64,000 nucleotides of DNA from Octopus sinensis (Eukaryota): the NCBI RefSeq assembly GCF_006345805.1, contig NC_043019.1, forward strand, positions 30,503,360 to 30,567,359, given 5' to 3'. Below the pieces are notes generated by a model. The model saw only the letters and a program-made list of their open reading frames with translations, had not been told where the DNA came from and searched no databases. The translations under genes were made by a program, and so were the position numbers. Within the stretch, counting starts at the first letter, position 1, and each line of letters starts with the position of its first letter. Below are positions 38,622 through 49,559 of the stretch, piece by piece.

Positions 38622-41600
38622 TTCAGTGAAATTACATCAATCATGAATCAAAGCCATATTACAAATGTAGCTTTCTGGGATCTTATCACCTTATTTTTCT
38701 GGATACTGTGTGTTAATAAGCATAAGTAAGCAGTGTAAAGGCATGTGACCTAGTGGTTGGGGTGTTGCACTTATGATTACAAGATCGTGGTTTCAATTCC
38801 TAGACTGGCAGTGTGTTGTGCTCTTGAGCAAAACACTTCATTTCATGTTATTGCATTTGTCTCAGTTGCAAATGGGTAACCCTGCACCAAACTGGTATTC
38901 TGTTATGGAGGATTGTTGGTTTGCTTCCCTAGCCAGTGGGGTGGCTTCATTCGAAATCTACAACAATGTGAGGAAGTGCATTGTGATCAGCAGTGTATAA
39001 CAAAATCTGATAGTCTGGTCAATACAGTGTTGCATTCAGGTAAGCTGTGTATGGTTTAAAGAAGCTAATACCATATTGTTTTTGTGTTTTGTTTTTTCAT
39101 AACCCCTAGGTCTTATGGTGTGAGCATGTGGGAATTGATACAGTTTGGCCGACAGCCCTATCATTGGTTGACTGATGAACAAGTCTTGGACTGTGTTGTT
39201 CTAAAGAAGACAGAAGTTCTGCCAGTTCCAAATTATCCTGAAAACCAGAAGATCAACATGTAAGTTCTACATAACGCTGACTATGCTCTGTAAAATTCTA
39301 TGCTTGTTTTTTTACTCCCTGTCATCTCTGATGCAGTTGAATGATCAAATAACATTCCAGCCATGACCATCACATCCTTCTCTTGAGTTTTGAGTATTTA
39401 ATACTAAATTGTCTAATGTTGTTGATGTTGTTGTTTAGCCCTAAGCCATCCCTGATCCAGCTGACTAATGATCAAAGAAGTTCCAGTTGTGATCATTCTG
39501 TTGTAGGCATGGCTATGTGATAAGAAGGTTGCTTCCCAATCACATGGTTCTGGGTTCATTCCCATTGCGTGGCACCTTGGGCAAGTATCTTTTACTATAG
39601 CCTCGGGCTGACCAAGGCCTGATGAGTGGGTTTGGTAAATGGAAACTGAAAGAAGCCAATTGTGTGTGTGTGTATATATACTCTTTTACTTGTTTCAGTC
39701 ATTTGAGTGTGGCCATGCTGGAGCACCACCTTTAGTCGAGCAAATTGACCCTAGGACTTATTCTTTGTAAGCCTAATACTTATTCTATCAGTCTCTTTTG
39801 CTGAACCGCTAAGTTACAGGGATGTAAACACACCAGCATTGGTTGTCAAGCGATGTTGGGGGACAAACACAGCCACACAAACACACACACACATACATAT
39901 ATACATGCATACGACAGGCTTCTTTCAGTTTCCGTCTACTAAATCTTTGGTCAGCACAAGGCTATTGTAGAAGACACTTGCCCAAGGTGCCACGCAGTGG
40001 GACTGAACCCGGAACCATGTGGTTGGTAAGCAAGCTACTTACCACACAGCCACTCCTACACCTATATATATATATGGCTGATCTCTAATTGTGGAGGAAA
40101 TTTGTGTAAAAGGTAGACCCATGAAGACATGGGGCAAAGTTGTGAGAAGGGATCTTCAGATGCTGAGTCTCACTGAGGAAATGACAAAGGACCAGGTGTT
40201 GTGGCAATTTGCTGTACTTGAGAAGACGTGTCAAGCTAAGTAAAATCGCAGTCATCCATACTTGTAAGTCTGTCCTTTACAGGTGCTGGTGCCACATGAA
40301 ATGCACTCATGCCAGTGTTGCACATGTGCACCCGTGCCACGGGGGAGTAAAAGAGAGATGGTGGTGGATGTGTGTCAGGACATATCTTCATGGTTTAGTG
40401 GGGGCGGGTGAATATGGGTGAAGTGATATGGAGGATTGGACTGGGTGAGTGAGCAAGGTGGACAGAGGGTCAAGTTTCAGAAGAATGTGAGGTGAGATGG
40501 TTAGAGATTGGATAGAGGTCTCTGTAATCTGAATGCTAAAAGGTTAAAACAGTTTTTAAAATTTTACACCTGATGCGTACCAGTAATTACCCTGCAGACT
40601 GCACTAGTCATTCTTTTGTTTGATCTCCAGTACACCACTAAGTCAAAAAGAGATAGGGAGTCATTGTAATAGGATTAAAGTGCAAGGGATTTAGCTGCTA
40701 TTTCTAGCAGATTGATCAACCATGTAAATGCTACCATCTTGGTTTTGTGTATTGTTTTAACAATATTTGTTTTAATTAGAATTTGAGAAATTCTTTGACT
40801 TCTCTTTAATTTTTGTCGTTTGTCTTATTCAGATATGAACTGATGAAAATGTGTTGGCAGAAAGCAGAACAACGTCCTACAATTGAGGAATTACATGGTC
40901 ATCTGTTGGATCTGGAGATCTCTTTGAAAAACATGGAAGAATCAGATTTTGAAAGCAAATGGAATATTCTGAGTCCAATTGAAATCGAAAGCCCAAGTCA
41001 TGGAATTGCCCCAGAATCCATGGAGATAGCGACAGATGCTCTGGAACTGTTTGTAGCTGAGACTGAAGCTCCTGTTGCTAATGGTAACACAGGAGATGTA
41101 GTTGTTAATATTCCCATCGAAGTTCCATTAGAAAATGGTCTGACAATTCCACTGGCTAGCCGTCACCTCTTGACCTTTAATGATAGTGATTTGGTGACTG
41201 ACATCAATACGGAAACTGAAGAGAAGCTTTTAGCTCAGCTAGAGTCTGAAACAAAGAATGCACCAAACAGTGAAACTATGCTTGATCTTGATCCTGAGTT
41301 TGAGTTGGAACCAAAAAGTCCAGCAAAAGCCATGGCAAAGCAGGGTAAAGTTGACCATTCTGGTCATGATGCTGTTGATAGTGTTGATGGATCCAGTCCA
41401 ATCAGTGCCGGCAAAATGAAAAAGGCGAACAGCACTGAAGAAGATGGAATGCCCTCCCCAATACCACATGTGTCTCCCAATACTTCACCTTCTCACTCAG
41501 ATGCTGAGCTGCAGCGTTCGTCAGAGCGTATCCAAGATCTGAGCTCAATCCATTCTTTTAGTGATGAAAGTGCCAATGAATCGTCTCCTGAAATCTCTGA

Positions 41601-42285
41601 AGAAATGGCTGACATCTATTTTCAAAGACGTCCAAATTCAAGCGGCTTACGTCGCTCCAATCTGATAGCAATGCCTTTAGCGCCAATACCAGAAAATGGT
41701 ATACCTGTAGACAGTTTTAGTGGGACTTTTAATAAATCTCGGCTAGTAAAATGCAATTCTGATGACTCTCCGTCACAACAAGACTCTCCGTCACAACAAG
41801 ACTCTTACGAATGGGATGAACTAGTTGGTGGACAGCTTGTGGGTAAAAGCTGTGATAATGTACCCTCACCCCGTCGAAGCTTGGACTTTGACTGGTCCAT
41901 GGATTCGAACCCCAAACCAGTTACCCACAATAAAAGGCGAAGACATACGTTGGCATCACTCCCAGATCTAGGTAAAAACAGTAATTTTTCTTTTGGTAAA
42001 TCAGATAGTTGTTTTTCCACGTCCGGAACTGGACTTAATGCTTGTTCCATTGCATCGGAGATCTTGACCAGTCGGGTCATCTCTCCAATTACTAAAAAAA
42101 CACCACCACGTCGAACATTTTATACAATTTCCTCTCTCAATGATATTGATCTGGACATTGGTGATGATGACGATGGACTTGAAATGGACAATTTTGATAT
42201 TCCACGTAGCCTTCATTTAAAATATTCCACCAGTCAAGATCTCACAACAGTTGGCAATTCAGACACATCAAAGGTATTTATTTAA
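22134..42285 (+). CDS. LMTK: LMTK/AATK-family (lemur tail) membrane-anchored kinase, 10 coding exons, 841 aa: join(22134..22232,23326..23524,25875..25945,29420..29547,31230..31317,34721..34854,36540..36624,38115..38233,39110..39259,40833..42285)
   Basis: Manually spliced exons total 2526 nt in one open frame, and every intron is GT..AG with matching phase. The protein has an N-terminal hydrophobic anchor followed by CSC, then [38 protein letters not shown] and CWQ...RPT, and a long acidic Ser/Pro-rich tail. DLALRN, DYG, the non-Arg HxD and the anchor-plus-tail layout match vertebrate LMTK1-3. The single symbol LMTK is used because the paralog cannot be assigned. Confidence 0.93.
23326..23524 (+). 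CDS. LMTK: Coding exon 2 (juxtamembrane, SFEEDAEN...NSRIV)
   Basis: Polypyrimidine tract + CCCAG acceptor; open phase-0 frame; donor T|GTAAGT at 23525 (phase 1). Confidence 0.85.
23693..24081 (+). mobile_element. Non-autonomous Helitron (389 bp)
   Basis: 5' TC(TATATATATAAAG), 3' CTAG, subterminal GC hairpin CCGG-GCAACG-CCGG, inserted between A and T with no TSD. Confidence 0.82.
25875..25945 (+). CDS. LMTK: Coding exon 3 (glycine-rich loop, [19 protein letters not shown])
   Basis: TTGCAG acceptor, CAG|GTAAGA donor, GxGxFG motif. Confidence 0.92.
29420..29547 (+). CDS. LMTK: Coding exon 4 (beta2-beta3-alphaC; [43 protein letters not shown])
   Basis: TTTGTAAAG acceptor, CG|GTAAGT donor. Aligns to AATK QVVVKELQASASVQEQMQFLEEVQPYR. 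This frame is absent from the supplied ORF track. Confidence 0.9.
31230..31317 (+). CDS. LMTK: Coding exon 5 ([29 protein letters not shown])
   Basis: TTTCCACAG acceptor (phase 2), CTG|GTTTGT donor; kinase subdomains IV-V. Confidence 0.92.
31400..31690 (-). mobile_element. (GAT)n-tailed retroposon family D (GGCATTAGGAAGGGCATCCAG core)
   Basis: Recurrent block abutting (CAT)n tracts. Copies near 3365-3600, 15360-15600, 21165-21315, 26740-27290, 27455-27660, 56725-57000 and 57075-57320. Confidence 0.7.
31723..31938. mobile_element. Decayed Tc1/mariner-type MITE
   Basis: Imperfect TIRs TACATTGTGTCCGTAAAGT / CCTTACTGACACACTGT in TA-rich flanks. Confidence 0.5.
32513..32561 (-). ncRNA. Minimal type I hammerhead ribozyme motif
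   Basis: Minus strand: UAUU-CUGAAGA-GAUUUACUA(AAAC)UAGUAAAUC-GAAA-C(GAUU)GUA-AAUG. Perfect 9-bp stem II and intact core. Confidence 0.7.
32947..33050 (-). ncRNA. Type I hammerhead, long-loop family copy 2
   Basis: Minus strand: CCAUAACAGCUAUCU-CUGACGA-GCACAGGGUU...AACCCUGUGU-GAAA-CC(GAUU)GA-UA-AGAUCGGCUGUAAUGG. About 15-bp stem I, 10-bp stem II, one C.A mismatch in stem III. Confidence 0.75.
34721..34854 (+). CDS. LMTK: Coding exon 6 (GDLKNYL...[15 protein letters not shown])
   Basis: TATTATAG acceptor, TG|GTAAGT donor; subdomain VIa. Confidence 0.93.
34944..35177. repeat. Foldback (imperfect palindromic) element with arms of about 110 bp
   Basis: GGAATCAAGTACCCTGACCTCCTAATA pairs with TATTAGGAGGTCAGGGTACTTGATTCC, and pairing extends to CACGATTTTCACTA / TAGTGAAAATCATG. 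Confidence 0.85.
36540..36624 (+). CDS. LMTK: Coding exon 7 ([29 protein letters not shown])
   Basis: CTTGTAG acceptor, AAG|GTCAGT donor; catalytic loop and DYG motif. Confidence 0.95.
37737..38040 (+). mobile_element. tRNA-derived SINE family C (GGAGGCGCAATGGCCCAGTGGTTAG head)
   Basis: tRNA-like head with GGTTTCGATTCCC B box followed by a non-tRNA body. Copies include 9420-9678 (-), 13718-13990 (+), 16150-16490 (+), 19690-19986 (-), 30846-31108 (-), 47265-47540 (+) and 62577-62820 (+). Confidence 0.85.
38115..38233 (+). CDS. LMTK: Coding exon 8 ([40 protein letters not shown])
   Basis: ATTGTAG acceptor, TG|GTAAGC donor; activation segment with PxRWMAPE. Confidence 0.93.
39110..39259 (+). 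CDS. LMTK: Coding exon 9 ([26 protein letters not shown]...QKIN)
   Basis: CCCCTAG acceptor, AT|GTAAGT donor; subdomains IX-X. Confidence 0.93.
40833..42285 (+). CDS. LMTK: Coding exon 10 (subdomain [11 protein letters not shown]...RPT plus acidic, Ser/Pro-rich tail)
   Basis: TTATTCAG acceptor; 490-codon ORF in the track. Contains CDK-type (S/T)Px(K/R/H) sites (SPAK, SPSH twice, SPRR, TPPR). Ends at TAA 42283-42285, or is spliced at AAG|GTATTT 42273/42274. Confidence 0.92.
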
Positions 42286-42544
42286 CAATAGACATTTCCA
42301 TTTATTTACCATGTTATTTCTTTGTTATTCCCTTTTTTTAATTGGCAAATATTTCGTTAGATTTTTTTTTTGGTGCTGAGTACAAATAACCAGGTATAGT
42401 TTGTAGTGAAATGGTATCTATAGTACTGGATTGTATTATCTTGATTTAATTATATTTTGATTTTTTGTTTAACATCTTAAATACATCAGATATTACCCTA
42501 GAAGATTGAGTATTGGCGTAGATATAACACATATTGTTCCATAG

Positions 42545-43830
42545 ATACATTGTATATTGCTATAGATATGCTACATCTTGGTCTAGATACTGTATATTGT
42601 CATAAATACACTCTACATTGCCATACATACACTGCGTGTCACCATAGATGCACTACATGCCACCATAGACACACTGCATGTTGCCATAGACACACTGCAT
42701 GTTGCCAGAGAGACACTGCATGTTGCAAAGATATACTGCATGTTGCCATAGACACTCTGTATGTTGCCATAGAGACACTGCATATTGCAAAGATATACTG
42801 CATGTTGCCATAGACACTCTGCATGTTGCCATAGAGACACTGCATGTTGCAAAGATATACTGCATGTTGCCATAGACACTCTGCATGTTGCCATAGACAC
42901 TCTGCATGTTGCCATAGACACTCTGCATGTTGTCATAGATACAGTGTGTTTCTGTAGATACACTGTTACATCGTGTTTTGCTTTAGGCACATTGCATGTT
43001 ACCATGGATACACTTCATATTTCCTTAGACACACTTCATGTTTCCTTAGACACATTTCATGTTTCCATAGACACACTACATGTTGCAATAGACACACTGC
43101 ATGTTGCTATAGACAAGCTGCATGTTATCACACATACTCTGCATGTTGATGCAAATACATTACATCTTGCTTCAGTTACTTTACAGTTGACATAACTATA
43201 AAAGCTGATTTAGTTACAGTACAGTTTGCCAGAGATATATTAATACATAACTTGTCTTACATATACCATATCTTGCTTTACATATGCCATATCTTGCCTT
43301 ACATATACTATATCTTTCCTTACATATACCATATCTTGCCTTACATATACCATATCTTGTCTTACATATGCCATATCTTGCCTTACATATACCACATCTT
43401 GCCTTACATACACCATATCTTGCCTTACATACACCATATCTTGCCTTACATACACTATATCTTGCTCTTACATACACTGTATCTTGCCTTACATATACCA
43501 TATCTTGCCTTACATATACCACATCTTGCCTTACATATAGCACATCTTGTCTTACATACACTATATCTTGCCCTTACATACACTGTATCTTGTCTTACAT
43601 ATGCCATATCTTGCCTTACATATACCACATCTTGCCTTACATATACCATATCTTGCCTTACATACACTATATCTTGCCCTTACATACACTGTATCTTGCC
43701 TTACATATGCCATATCTTGCCTTACATATACCATATCTTGCCTTACATACACTATATCTTGCTTTACATATACCATATCTAGCTTTACATATACCATATC
43801 TTGCTTTACATACACTGCATCTTGCCTTAG
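42545..43830. repeat. 21-bp minisatellite array with two related unit types
   Basis: ATGTTGCCATAGACACACTGC type at 42545-43150 and ATCTTGCCTTACATACACTGT type at 43250-43830; produces the 7-residue periodic ORFs. Confidence 0.92.
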
Positions 43831-44864
43831 ATAAACAATATGAAGAACAAGTCTTCGAGTGGTCATTTTACATCTCATCAAGATGTGAGACTCAGACATG
43901 TCTGAGATATGATGTCCACGTGTTTTAGCGCATCTCTCAATGCATGTCTATAGATGTGTGTTTATGGTAAATAAATAAACAGGTCGATTAAATGTCTAAA
44001 TGTCTGAGATAAATTTTTGTTAATTTCTTTGTCATCATCCATACTATAAATCTCAGTGTTATATAATGTATATTTATAATATTTAACCAAAGATCTGATT
44101 TAGTTCTGTGAAAGTCACACTGCTTGTTGCAAAGAATACATCAATGATAGTCAAACTTGTACTTTATAGAGTATCAGTATCTAATCGGGACTGGAGTTTT
44201 TCCTCAGAAGAACCCTGCTTTTTATTATGTACTTTTGGCAATCTTACATACAAAGCCTAACTTTTGTGATGTATTTTTAGTAATGTTACATAAGTGGGTT
44301 GTAACAAGAGATTAAGTGCAATTGCTGTGTTTAACATTAATAGTAACTTTGAGCATTTTAGCTGTTGTTCATATGTGTCATTCATACGGCACACAAGTTT
44401 ATTTTCTTAACCCTTTCACAGGGAAATTAAATTTCTGGTTATTTCAGTAATGATATTAAATATCTACCAAAAAGTAGAATTGGTATTTTCTGCCTCAATA
44501 AACTTAATATATCTCAACAAATAATAGTTTCAAACACGATATTCTTCAATGAAAGATAGATTGGTGAATAAAACTGCTTTCCGCAGTTAAGGGTAATGAA
44601 ATTTTGATTGGATACATCTGTTTTTCACTGTAAAAGTGTTAATGTTTAGGAATAGTGTCTTTGTGCTTTTGAAAAAAGACAAGATTGTTGTCCCATAGAA
44701 GGATGTTGTATAGATCTGTTTGTACATGAAAGCAGTGTATGTCGATAAGAGGTGTCTATATTGCACATGGAAAACCTCTATAGACAGATTAAGGAGAAAT
44801 GAATGCGAGTGTCATTTGAGTAAGAAAATATAAAGCTAACAAAGCTGACTTCAAGTTGGTCATT

Positions 44865-45850
44865 AATATATAGAAGGAATATATAGCAGGAATATATAGA
44901 AGGAATATATAGAAGGAATATATAGAAGGAATATATAGAAGGAATATATATAGAAGGAATATATAGAAGGAATATATAGAAGGAATATATAGAAGGACTA
45001 TATAGAAGGAATATATAGAAGGAATATATAGAAGGAATATATAGAAGGAATATATAGAAGGAATATATAGAAGGAATATATATAGAAGGAATATATAGAA
45101 GGAATATATAGCAGGAATATATATAGAAGGAATATATAGCAGGAATATATATAGAAGGAATATATAGAAGGAATATATAGCAGGAATATATAGAAGGAAT
45201 ATATAGAAGGAATATATAGAAGGAATATATAGAAGGAATATATAGAAGGAATATATAGAAGGAATATATAGAAGGAATATATAGAAGGAATATATATAGA
45301 AGGAATATATAGAAGGAATATATAGCAGGAATATATAGAAGGAATATATAGAAGGAATATATAGAAGGAATATATAGAAGGAATATATAGAAGGAATATA
45401 TAGAAGGAATATATAGAAGGAATATATAGCAGGAATATATAGAAGGAATATATAGAAGGAATATATAGAAGGAATATATAGAAGGAATATATAGAAGGAA
45501 TATATAGAAGGAATATATAGAAGGAATATATAGAAGGAATATATAGAAGGAATATATAGAAGGAAGAAGGCAGCAATATATATAGAAGGAAGAAGGCAGC
45601 ATTAATATATAGAAGGAATATATAGAAGGAATATATAGAAGGAAGAAGCAGCATTAATATATAGAAGGAAGAAGGCAGCAATATATATAGAAGGAAGAAG
45701 GCAGCATTAATATATAGCAGGAAGAAGGCAGCAATATATATAGAAGGAAGAAGGCAGCATTAATATATAGAAGGAATATATAGAAGGAAGAAGGCAGCAA
45801 TATATATAGAAGGAAGAAGGCAGCATTAATATATAGCAGGAAGAAGGCAG
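44865..45850. repeat. 13-bp minisatellite (GAAGGAATATATA)n changing to about 25-bp composite units
   Basis: GAAGG recurs at 45005, 45018, 45031, 45044 and so on; from about 45560 the units add GAAGAAGGCAGC. Confidence 0.95.
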
Positions 45851-45954
45851 CAAAGTGGCAGAATCAATAACATGTCAGACAAAAGGCTTAGCAGCCTTTC
45901 TTATGATTCATTATGTTCTGAGTTCAAATTCTGCTGAGGCCAACTTTACTTTAA

Positions 45955-46174
45955 CCCTTTCGTTACAAACCTGGCTGAAACTGGCTCTGGCTCTGAGTAC
46001 AAATGTTTTGTTTTCATAAGTTTTGAATTAGAATCTTCCACCAAACCTTAGTCACAATTTATGTTCCTAACGCTAGCTGAATGACAACTAAGTTATTTTA
46101 CTAAATTCTTTGTTATATTTAAAGTAATTGAAAGAAACACAGAGCATCTCAATATAAATACGGTAACGAAAGGG
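45955..46174. mobile_element. piggyBac-like MITE (second family), nested in a SINE
   Basis: TTAA-CCCTTTCGTTAC...GTAACGAAAGGG-TTAA. Further copies at 58330-58551, 61210-61431 and 61585-61806. Confidence 0.8.
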
Positions 46175-46485
46175 TTAAACCTTTCAGGTTTGATAAAATA
46201 AAGTACCAGTTAGGTTCTGGGGTAAATGTAATCAACTTTGCCTTCTCAAAATAGTCTGGTTGGAGGCCCAACCTTCTGAGTTCTTTTACAGGACTTAGAA
46301 AAACTAAAGGACTGCTGCAATAAGAGTGTGAATCTGAGAGGAGAGTATGTTGAATAAAATCATAATTGACTGATCCTCTTAAATTTTCTTTTACCCAAAA
46401 CCAGGAACTTTTCAGCCCCACCCTTATAGTGGTGGTCTGTATTGGCAAGGAGACTATAATGGTGGTTTGTGGTGACTAGGAGAGT

Positions 46486-46705
46486 ACAAGGGGGTACTGA
46501 AAAGTTTCTAGCTTTAAAGGTATCACAAAAGGCCTGATTGGAAGCCCTACCTTCTAATTTCTTTTACAGGCCTTAGTAAAACTTAAGGACTGCTGCAATA
46601 AGGATGTGAATCTGAGAGGAGAGTATGTTGAATAAAATCATAATTAACTGATCCTCCTGTATTTTCTTTTACCCAAAGCCAAGAACTTTCCAGCACCCCC
46701 TTATG
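46486..46705. mobile_element. Tc1/mariner-type MITE
   Basis: Termini TACAAGGGGGTACTGAAAAGTT / AACTTTCCAGCACCCCCTTA. Homologous copies at 31998-32218 (opposite orientation), 46225-46430 and 32800-32900 (partial). Confidence 0.7.
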
Positions 46706-48721
46706 TGTGCGTATATATATTCTTGTAGAGAAAGAGAGAGAGAGAGAGAAAAGTGCTTATTTCTTCTTTTGCTTTAAAATAGTTTGTATTTTTTATTCAA
46801 TTCTCCTATGTTCATCATGTCAGAATAAATGAAGTGACAACCAGTTTAGAGCAAGAGGTAAGGTCTTGGTGAGTGAAGTATGTGATCTGCTTTCAGTTTC
46901 TCGCTGAAACCAATTTGCTTCCCTTATGCTGCTAATCCATATCCCTGCTTCCCTCTGGAAAGGCATGAGCATTGCAGCTTCCCAGTCACCTCTGCTTCCT
47001 ATGCCCTGCATTCTTAAAATAATATAGGGATCTCTACCTGCCCCCCCAACTCCACTGCCTGCTAATTTTGTTGACTTGAAAGCCAGACAGACTTCATACT
47101 GTGGTAAAGGTGGCGATGGCAGCAAATTTTCATCAAATGAAATATGTAAACAGGTTTCAAATCCTCAATGAAAATACTTTACTTTTTTCCACTAATATTT
47201 TGGTGAGGAGAGAGGTATGGGTGTGACATTTTCCATTTGTTCTGTCCTGAAGTCATTTCATGTGGAGGCACATGGCCTAGTGGTTAGAGCAGCGGACTCG
47301 TGGTCGAGGGATTGCGGATTCGAATCTCAGACCGGGCGATGTGTGTGTTTATGAGTGAAACACCTAAGCTCCACGTGGCTCCGGCAGAAGGTAATGGCGA
47401 ACTTCTGCTGACTCTTTCACCACAACTTTCTCTCACTCTTTCCTCCTGCATCTTGTAGCTCACCTGCAATGGACCGGCGTCCCATCTAGGTGGGGAACCT
47501 ATATGCCAAGGAAACCGGGAAACAGGCCCTTATAAGCCAGGTGTGGCTCGAGAAGGAACAGAAGTCATATCATACCTCTTTCTCCTCTTAATGATGATGG
47601 TAATGATGATGCTGATAACATTGACAAAAGGCTTAAATTACACAACTACAGTGTTGTGGTGATGATGAGGAGATGCAGTTCTTGGTGTCATATTTTCCTG
47701 CATATAAATTGACATAGCATATTGTGTAAACATATATTGTAAATGTTCAAACATCATTGCTATCTTTCCAAATCCGCCTGCATTTCACGTGGAATGTTTG
47801 GTCTTCCAAATTTGTGTTGGTGTATAATTCAACATATCATTTTTTTTTTTATATATGGCTGTAAATTTTGGTCTGAGAAATTTTACTTGTATGCTGGAAA
47901 ATATGGTGATTTTTATGTTCATGCCTTACCACTATAGTCGGTGCCTCAGTTCACCCGACTGACAAACAGATTCCACTTAAGGCAGAACAGAATAAGTAAA
48001 GCCATTCTAACATATGAGACAGACGTGAAAACAACAAAGAAAACAATGAAAGAGATTGTGTTATGATGAGGATAATTAAGATGCTGATAAGGATAATGAA
48101 AATAAAGATGATAATTGATGCCATAAGAATTTATAAACTTTTGAGAAAATGTGAAATAACTATTTTTTGGAACAATGGATCTTAGAGCAGATAGAGCTAT
48201 AAATGATAGCATGTAAATAATGAGATGAAAATTCCTTTTGGATAGAAAAAGTTGACGGCTGCCCATGGGACATCTTATTTGTAGCTTTATGTGCTTCAAG
48301 ATTTATTGTTCCAAAAAAAAAAAAAATGATTATTGCTATTGATGATAAAAATTGTATTGATAATAATCATTATGATAACGATAAGAGATAATAATTGATG
48401 CTTGTGATATGATGAGGTAGATGTGACATGGCCAAACTGGCTGCAACTGTGTAAGTCAATTATGTTTAAGTATATGTATGTGCACACATACATATATACC
48501 ACGGTAACCATGCAAATGTACACACTTGAACACACACAGATACACATACTCATATATATATATACACACAAATGCACATAGACACATGCATGTATGTGCA
48601 CGCATGTGTTCATAAGTTCATCTAGACTTTGGGGTAGACATTTAATAGTATGTTGATTAAAACACTTTCACTGTTTAGACTACCTGAATAAACATTCTCT
48701 GTTTCTCTCATTCATTATACA

Positions 48722-48768
<47 letters not shown>

Positions 48769-48831
48769 TTTTTTTGTTTTGGGATTTGGTTCGCAAGATT
48801 CTTTATGTTAGTTCGTGTGTTGAAGCATATT

Positions 48832-49124
48832 CTGTTGTGTCTGGGGAGAGTCATTTTCTTTTTGTGCCTTATTATTTAACACACTCACCGGTAAAATTTC
48901 CACTTATTTCTTATTTTTATTTTCCTAAAATTTTCATTGCATCTTGCAACCTTTTCAATAGTCTTGACTCTCAAGCCTATCGTAAAGAGTCAAGACTATT
49001 GAAAAGGTTGCAAGATGCAATGAAAATTTTAGGAAAATAAAAATAAGAAATAAGTGGAAATTTTACCGGTGAATGTGTTAAATTATAAGGCACAAAAAGA
49101 AAATGACTCTCCTCAGACACAACA

Positions 49125-49125
<1 letters not shown>
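48832..49125. repeat. 140-bp near-perfect inverted repeat with a 14-nt spacer
   Basis: Arms 48832-48971 and 48986-49125 differ at 3 positions. Confidence 0.95.
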
Positions 49126-49222
<97 letters not shown>

Positions 49223-49368
49223 GGAAACGCGGGAAACGCATATAAGATATAACAAATTTATAACACATATGATAGCATTATGGTAGGTGATAACCATAGA
49301 GGAGCTTTGAAATGCATGTTATTATCCAGATGATATTAAATAGATATATATATCAATATACACGTGCA

Positions 49369-49420
<52 letters not shown>

Positions 49421-49429
49421 TATACATAC

Positions 49430-49475
<46 letters not shown>

Positions 49476-49559
49476 AAATATATATATATAACAGGTGAAG
49501 AATGGCGCTGTCAGTATTATAGTTATTCTTCGGTTTTCAATCAGTCATCATATTCCCTT

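Noticed and set aside
41239-42216. Minus-strand ORFs overlapping exon 10
   Set aside because: Antisense shadows of the coding exon with no recognisable motifs.
43214-43928. Overlapping ORFs of 70-214 aa (YVRQDMV / LHIPYLA repeats)
   Set aside because: They are translations of the 21-bp minisatellite, open in several frames on both strands.
44778-45681. 274-aa and 227-aa minus-strand ORFs (YIPSIYSFYIFLL repeats)
   Set aside because: They are translations of the 13-bp minisatellite.
46824-46868. Possible mini-exon (CAG|AATAAATGAAGTG...GAG|GTAAGG or TG|GTGAGT)
   Set aside because: It is open only with a phase-2 entry. The available upstream donor (42274) is phase 0, which gives an immediate stop.
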